Shown: positions 6,853 to 10,171 of the stretch, piece after piece
Layout: each line of letters opens with the position of its first letter
Position numbering within the stretch: the stretch's first letter is position 1
DNA from: a candidate division WOR-3 bacterium
Lineage (GTDB): Bacteria > Hydrothermota > Hydrothermia > LBFQ01
Length of the DNA: 10,171 nt
Direction of reading: 5' to 3'
Assembly (NCBI GenBank): GCA_027050205.1
Contig: JALUCS010000092.1
Span: forward strand, 1 to 10,171
Position numbers and translations under genes: made by a program
The notes under the pieces: generated by a model
What the model was told of the DNA's origin: nothing
What the model saw: only the letters and a program-made list of their open reading frames with translations
Databases searched by the model: none

Positions 6853-7127
6853 TGGAAAACATGATGGAGCACGAGTTTCGGAGCGATGATCAGATGGACG
6901 ACTCCCTCTTCACTCGGAGGGTAAAGGCCGGAAAGCGGGTCTACTTCATAGACATCAAGAGGAACCGCAAGGGGGACCTCTACATGGCCATCTCCGAGAA
7001 GAGGAGGCTCAAGGACGGGTCCGTCAAGAGGACGCGCGTGGTGGTCTTTCAGGAGGATCTCCTGAAGTTTGAGGACGCCTTCAACGAGGTCCTCATGGAC
7101 ATGAAGAGAAGGCTGGGAGGTGAGTGA
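6849..7127 (+). CDS. PUR-family (DUF3276 / PurA-like) single-stranded DNA/RNA-binding protein, up to 92 aa
   Basis: LFTRRVKAGKRVYFIDIKRNRKGDLYMAISE...RTRVVVFQEDLLKFEDAF matches the bacterial PUR pattern. ATGA overlap with the recA stop and SD AAGGAGG at 6836-6842. The start is ambiguous among four nearby ATGs. Confidence 0.85.
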   Translation: MMENMMEHEFRSDDQMDDSLFTRRVKAGKRVYFIDIKRNRKGDLYMAISEKRRLKDGSVKRTRVVVFQEDLLKFEDAFNEVLMDMKRRLGGE

Positions 7128-7133
7128 GGGGAT

Positions 7134-7158
7134 AGGGGGGCGTACGCCCCCCTCCTTT
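7134..7158 (+). terminator. GC-rich hairpin, probable terminator of recA-PUR
   Basis: Perfect 20-bp palindrome AGGGGGGCGTACGCCCCCCT (7134-7153) 6 nt after the PUR stop, followed by only a weak U tract (CCTTTGGTT). Confidence 0.6.
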
Positions 7159-7160
7159 GG

Positions 7161-7189
7161 TTGACAAAATCGTAAATTTTCGCCATTAT
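7161..7189 (+). promoter_or_regulatory. Sigma70-type promoter of dnaG-rpoD
   Basis: Perfect -35 TTGACA (7161-7166), a 17-nt AT-rich spacer, and -10-like CATTAT (7184-7189) 8 nt before TTG 7198. An alternative -10 is TAAATT at 7173-7178. Confidence 0.7.
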
Positions 7190-7197
7190 TCAGCGGT

Positions 7198-8772
7198 TTG
7201 CTTGAGAGGATAGATATCGTTGAGGTGATAGGGAGGTACACCCGCCTGAAGAAGGCGGGGAGGGAGTACGTTGGCCTCTGCCCATTCCACAGGGAGAAGA
7301 CGCCGAGCTTTTACGTAGACCCGGAGAAGGGGGTTTACCACTGCTTCGGGTGCGGGGCCTCCGGAAACGCCATAACCTTCCTGTCCGAGATAGAGGGTAT
7401 AACGAGGGCCGAGGCCATCAGGCGCCTCGCCGAGATGTTTAACCTTGACTTGGACGAGACCGAGATCAGGCCGAAGGGGAAGAGGGAGAACATCTACCGC
7501 CTCCTATCCACGGCCAAGCAGTTCTACAAGTCCCAGCTCCTCCGCAACCGGGAGGTGATGGGGTACCTCAAGGGTAGGGGACTGACTCCGGAGAGCATAG
7601 CCGAGTGGGAGATAGGCTACTCCCCCGATCCCCACTCCCTCATCCGCTTCCTCATAAAGGAGGGTTTCACCACCCGTGAGATACTGGAGAGCGGCATAGC
7701 CCACAACAGGAACGGGGACGTCAGGGATATGATGGCGGGGAGGGTGGTCTTCCCCATATACGACACGGCGGGCAGGGTGGTGTCCTTCGGTGGCAGGTCC
7801 CTTGACGGCAGACACCCCAAGTACCTGAACGGCAGGGATACGGCCGTCTTCCGTAAGTCCTCCATCCTCTACGGCCTTCACAGGGCAAAGCAAAGGGCGA
7901 GGGAGAAGGGACACTTCTACCTGGTTGAGGGGTACTTTGACGTTATACTGATGCATCAGTACGGGTACGATAGTGCCGTCGCCCCGTTGGGGACCTCCTT
8001 CACGGAGGAACACGCCCGCATCCTCTACAGGTTCGCCCCCAAGGTATTCGTGGTGCCGGACAATGACGAGGCGGGCAGGAGGGCTGCCCGGAAGGTGGCG
8101 ACGACCCTCGCGAGGGCCGGCATAATCCCACAGGTGGTTATTCTGCCCGAAGGGGAGGACCCGGCCTCCTACCTCCAGAAGGGGGAGCGCCTCCCGGAGC
8201 CTGTGGACGTTGTGGACTACATCCTCGGAGACAAACCCTCCGACCCCCTCCAGATAAAGGAGAGACTACGGGAGGTCCTGCCCATCCTCAAGGCCTTCAG
8301 GGGTTCCGAGAGGAGCATCTACGAGTTCTACGCCGAGAAGGTGAGCCGCTGGGCGGGGTACAGGGTGAGCGTCTCCGACACCCCCCACATCTACGGACGC
8401 AGGACGGGGAGCGTCAGGGAGGTAGACAGATTCCTCCTCCTGGGGTACTACTACGGGATGTACGACAGGGTCATGGCCGTACTGGAGAGGCTGGACGTCA
8501 GGAACAGCCTGACCCACAGGATGTACCTCGCCCTAAAGGAGGGGGTACCCTTTGAGGAGTTCTACGAGAGCCTGAAACCGGAAGAGGCGGCAGTCGTACA
8601 CGGGGAAATCCTCCCTCCGGAGGAGGTGGGGGAGGCTCTTTCCCGGCTGCTCAACGAGCTTGACGACCTACGCATAAAGGAGACCGCTTTAGCGGGAGAC
8701 GAAGAGGCCCTGCTCCGCCTCTTCAGACGCAGGGCGAGTCGCATAAAGGAAACGGAGGTAAAGGTTGAATGA
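7198..8772 (+). CDS. dnaG: DNA primase DnaG (524 aa)
   Basis: CHC2 zinc finger (CPFH.EKTPSF...YHCFGC), catalytic core (RVVFPI, FGGR, PKYLN) and TOPRIM ([24 protein letters not shown]). TTG start; an in-frame stop at 7162-7164 rules out a longer N-terminus. Confidence 0.97.
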   Translation: MLERIDIVEVIGRYTRLKKAGREYVGLCPFHREKTPSFYVDPEKGVYHCFGCGASGNAITFLSEIEGITRAEAIRRLAEMFNLDLDETEIRPKGKRENIYRLLSTAKQFYKSQLLRNREVMGYLKGRGLTPESIAEWEIGYSPDPHSLIRFLIKEGFTTREILESGIAHNRNGDVRDMMAGRVVFPIYDTAGRVVSFGGRSLDGRHPKYLNGRDTAVFRKSSILYGLHRAKQRAREKGHFYLVEGYFDVILMHQYGYDSAVAPLGTSFTEEHARILYRFAPKVFVVPDNDEAGRRAARKVATTLARAGIIPQVVILPEGEDPASYLQKGERLPEPVDVVDYILGDKPSDPLQIKERLREVLPILKAFRGSERSIYEFYAEKVSRWAGYRVSVSDTPHIYGRRTGSVREVDRFLLLGYYYGMYDRVMAVLERLDVRNSLTHRMYLALKEGVPFEEFYESLKPEEAAVVHGEILPPEEVGEALSRLLNELDDLRIKETALAGDEEALLRLFRRRASRIKETEVKVE

Positions 8773-10171
8773 AGGGAGTAAAGGAGCGCAAGAAGGACAT
8801 ACAGACGATCTTAGAGGAGATCGTGGAGGAGGCGAAGGCCAAGAAGGGGGCCTACACCTTTGACGAGCTCCTCAAGAAGCTGCCCGCCGAGTACGTCCAG
8901 AGCGACGAGCTTCTGACCCAGATAGTCATAGCCCTCATGGAGAGGGGGGTGGAGTTTGACAAGGACCTGACGGAGCATTCCACCCGCCGGAAGAAGAGTA
9001 AGCGCAAGCAGGACATAGACAGCATCCTCCAGGCGGAGGAGGACAAGCTGGCCTCCGAGTACAAGGACGACCCCGTCCGCATATACCTGAAGCAGGTGGC
9101 GGAGATGAGGCTCCTCTCCCGACAGGAGGAGTTGGAGCTGGCCAAGACCATAGACGAGGCGAGGACGGAGCTGACCCGTACCCTCGTCTCCACCTTCTAC
9201 GGGCTGTCCCGCTTCATGTACCTCGTACAGCTGGCCCAGAAGGGCCTGATGCAGGCCGAGGAGATCTTCCAGGTGGACCCCGGCTACTGGACCAACCGCG
9301 TCAAGAACCAGAGGGAGCGTAAGCGACTCTCCCGCGGCATAGAGTACCTCATGGCCCGTTGGCCCCTCGCCCGCAAGTACTTCCTTGAGAGGGACAAGTT
9401 GGACGAGAAGGACCTGCGGGAGGCCGAGATAGCCTTCAAGGAGATCGTGAACAAGATCCTTGACATGGGCCCCATCTTCAACCGCATAGTTGAGATCTAC
9501 AAGGACTACTACAAGAAGGTCCAGCAGCTCGGACGCCTCTACGAGGAGTTAGAGAGGATCCAGAACGAGAGGAGGATGTTTGAGGAGATAGGGGCGCAGA
9601 GCTTCGTGGACGAGTACAAGGCCCTTGAGGAGAGCCTACAGGAGAGGATCCGGAAGGCCGAGGCGGAGTTGGGGGAGTCCTACGAGACGGCGAAGAAGAC
9701 GGCGGAGAAGTTGGTTAAGATCTACCGCCGCTACCAGTGGGCGAGGGAGAAGCTCGCCGAGGGGAACGTCAGGCTGGTGATAAGCGAGGCCAAGAGGTAC
9801 ATGAACCGTGGCCTTGACTTCGGGGACCTCATACAGGAGGGGAACCTCGGCCTCCTGAAGGCCATAGACAAGTACGACTGGAAGAGGGGCTTCAAGTTCT
9901 CCACCTACGCCACGTGGTGGATAAGGCAGGCCATAACGAGGGCGGTGGCGGACCACTCCCGCACCATCCGCATCCCCATCCATATGATAGAGACCATCAC
10001 CAAGATAAACAAGGCCCAAAAGGCTCTGCTTCAGGAGAAGGGCAGGGAGCCGTCCATAGAGGAGATAGCCGAGTACCTTGAGATGCCCATAGAGAAGGTG
10101 GAGAGGGCCATAAGCGTGGCCAAGGAGCCGATAAGCATGGACAAGCCCATAGGTAAGGACGAGGACGCCTC
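8769..10171 (+). CDS. rpoD: Primary RNA polymerase sigma factor RpoD/SigA, 3' truncated by the window edge
   Basis: My translation from ATG 8769 (ATGA overlap with the dnaG stop; SD GGAGGT 8754-8759) is open to the window end. It contains region 1.1, region 1.2 [17 protein letters not shown], region 2 [12 protein letters not shown]...[43 protein letters not shown], and region 3 [11 protein letters not shown]...[11 protein letters not shown]. Confidence 0.98.
   Translation, partial: MKGVKERKKDIQTILEEIVEEAKAKKGAYTFDELLKKLPAEYVQSDELLTQIVIALMERGVEFDKDLTEHSTRRKKSKRKQDIDSILQAEEDKLASEYKDDPVRIYLKQVAEMRLLSRQEELELAKTIDEARTELTRTLVSTFYGLSRFMYLVQLAQKGLMQAEEIFQVDPGYWTNRVKNQRERKRLSRGIEYLMARWPLARKYFLERDKLDEKDLREAEIAFKEIVNKILDMGPIFNRIVEIYKDYYKKVQQLGRLYEELERIQNERRMFEEIGAQSFVDEYKALEESLQERIRKAEAELGESYETAKKTAEKLVKIYRRYQWAREKLAEGNVRLVISEAKRYMNRGLDFGDLIQEGNLGLLKAIDKYDWKRGFKFSTYATWWIRQAITRAVADHSRTIRIPIHMIETITKINKAQKALLQEKGREPSIEEIAEYLEMPIEKVERAISVAKEPISMDKPIGKDEDA

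Noticed and set aside
6849..6872. Tandem ATGATGGAAAAC / ATGATGGAGCAC at the PUR start
   Set aside because: A two-copy 12-nt imperfect repeat that only makes the start codon ambiguous. No function is evident.
5791..8772. Inteins, introns or frameshifts in recA and dnaG
   Set aside because: Both have normal length and continuous motifs. The DnaG C-terminal region is divergent, which is usual for this domain.
9450..9459. 10-nt match (AACAAGATCC) between the reverse complement of the putative spacer and rpoD
   Set aside because: Too short to indicate self-targeting and compatible with chance.
5425..10019. Minus-strand ORFs opposite recA, dnaG and rpoD (e.g. 5425-6129, 6765-7241, 7504-8013, 9636-10019), and similar shadow ORFs over lpxD, the aminotransferase and murF
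   Set aside because: Antisense or off-frame shadows typical of GC-rich coding DNA. They have no motifs and overlap confident genes.

Overview
GC-rich (roughly 60% by eye) bacterial DNA with thermophile-type codon use (AGG Arg, ATA Ile), mostly housekeeping. Minus strand: murF, a class-V PLP aminotransferase and lpxD. Plus strand, divergent from murF: an uncharacterised Tyr/Cys-rich secreted protein with a T9SS-CTD-like tail, an uncharacterised Gly-rich membrane protein, recA coupled to a PUR/DUF3276 nucleic-acid-binding protein, a palindromic hairpin, dnaG and a truncated rpoD (absent from the ORF track because it runs off the window). lpxD, DUF3276 and the T9SS-like tail suggest a diderm FCB-related thermophile such as WOR-3 (inference). 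Signals the gene calls do not explain: (1) bases 1-89 look like the decayed trailer of a CRISPR array, whose last repeat supplies the lpxD stop codon; (2) five genes have a -10 hexamer 8-10 nt before the start codon and no Shine-Dalgarno (near-leaderless mRNAs); (3) both unknown envelope proteins start with ultra-short, uncharged hydrophobic N-termini instead of classical signal peptides; (4) a manual scan found no TCGA. No complete novel system is demonstrated; these are leads.
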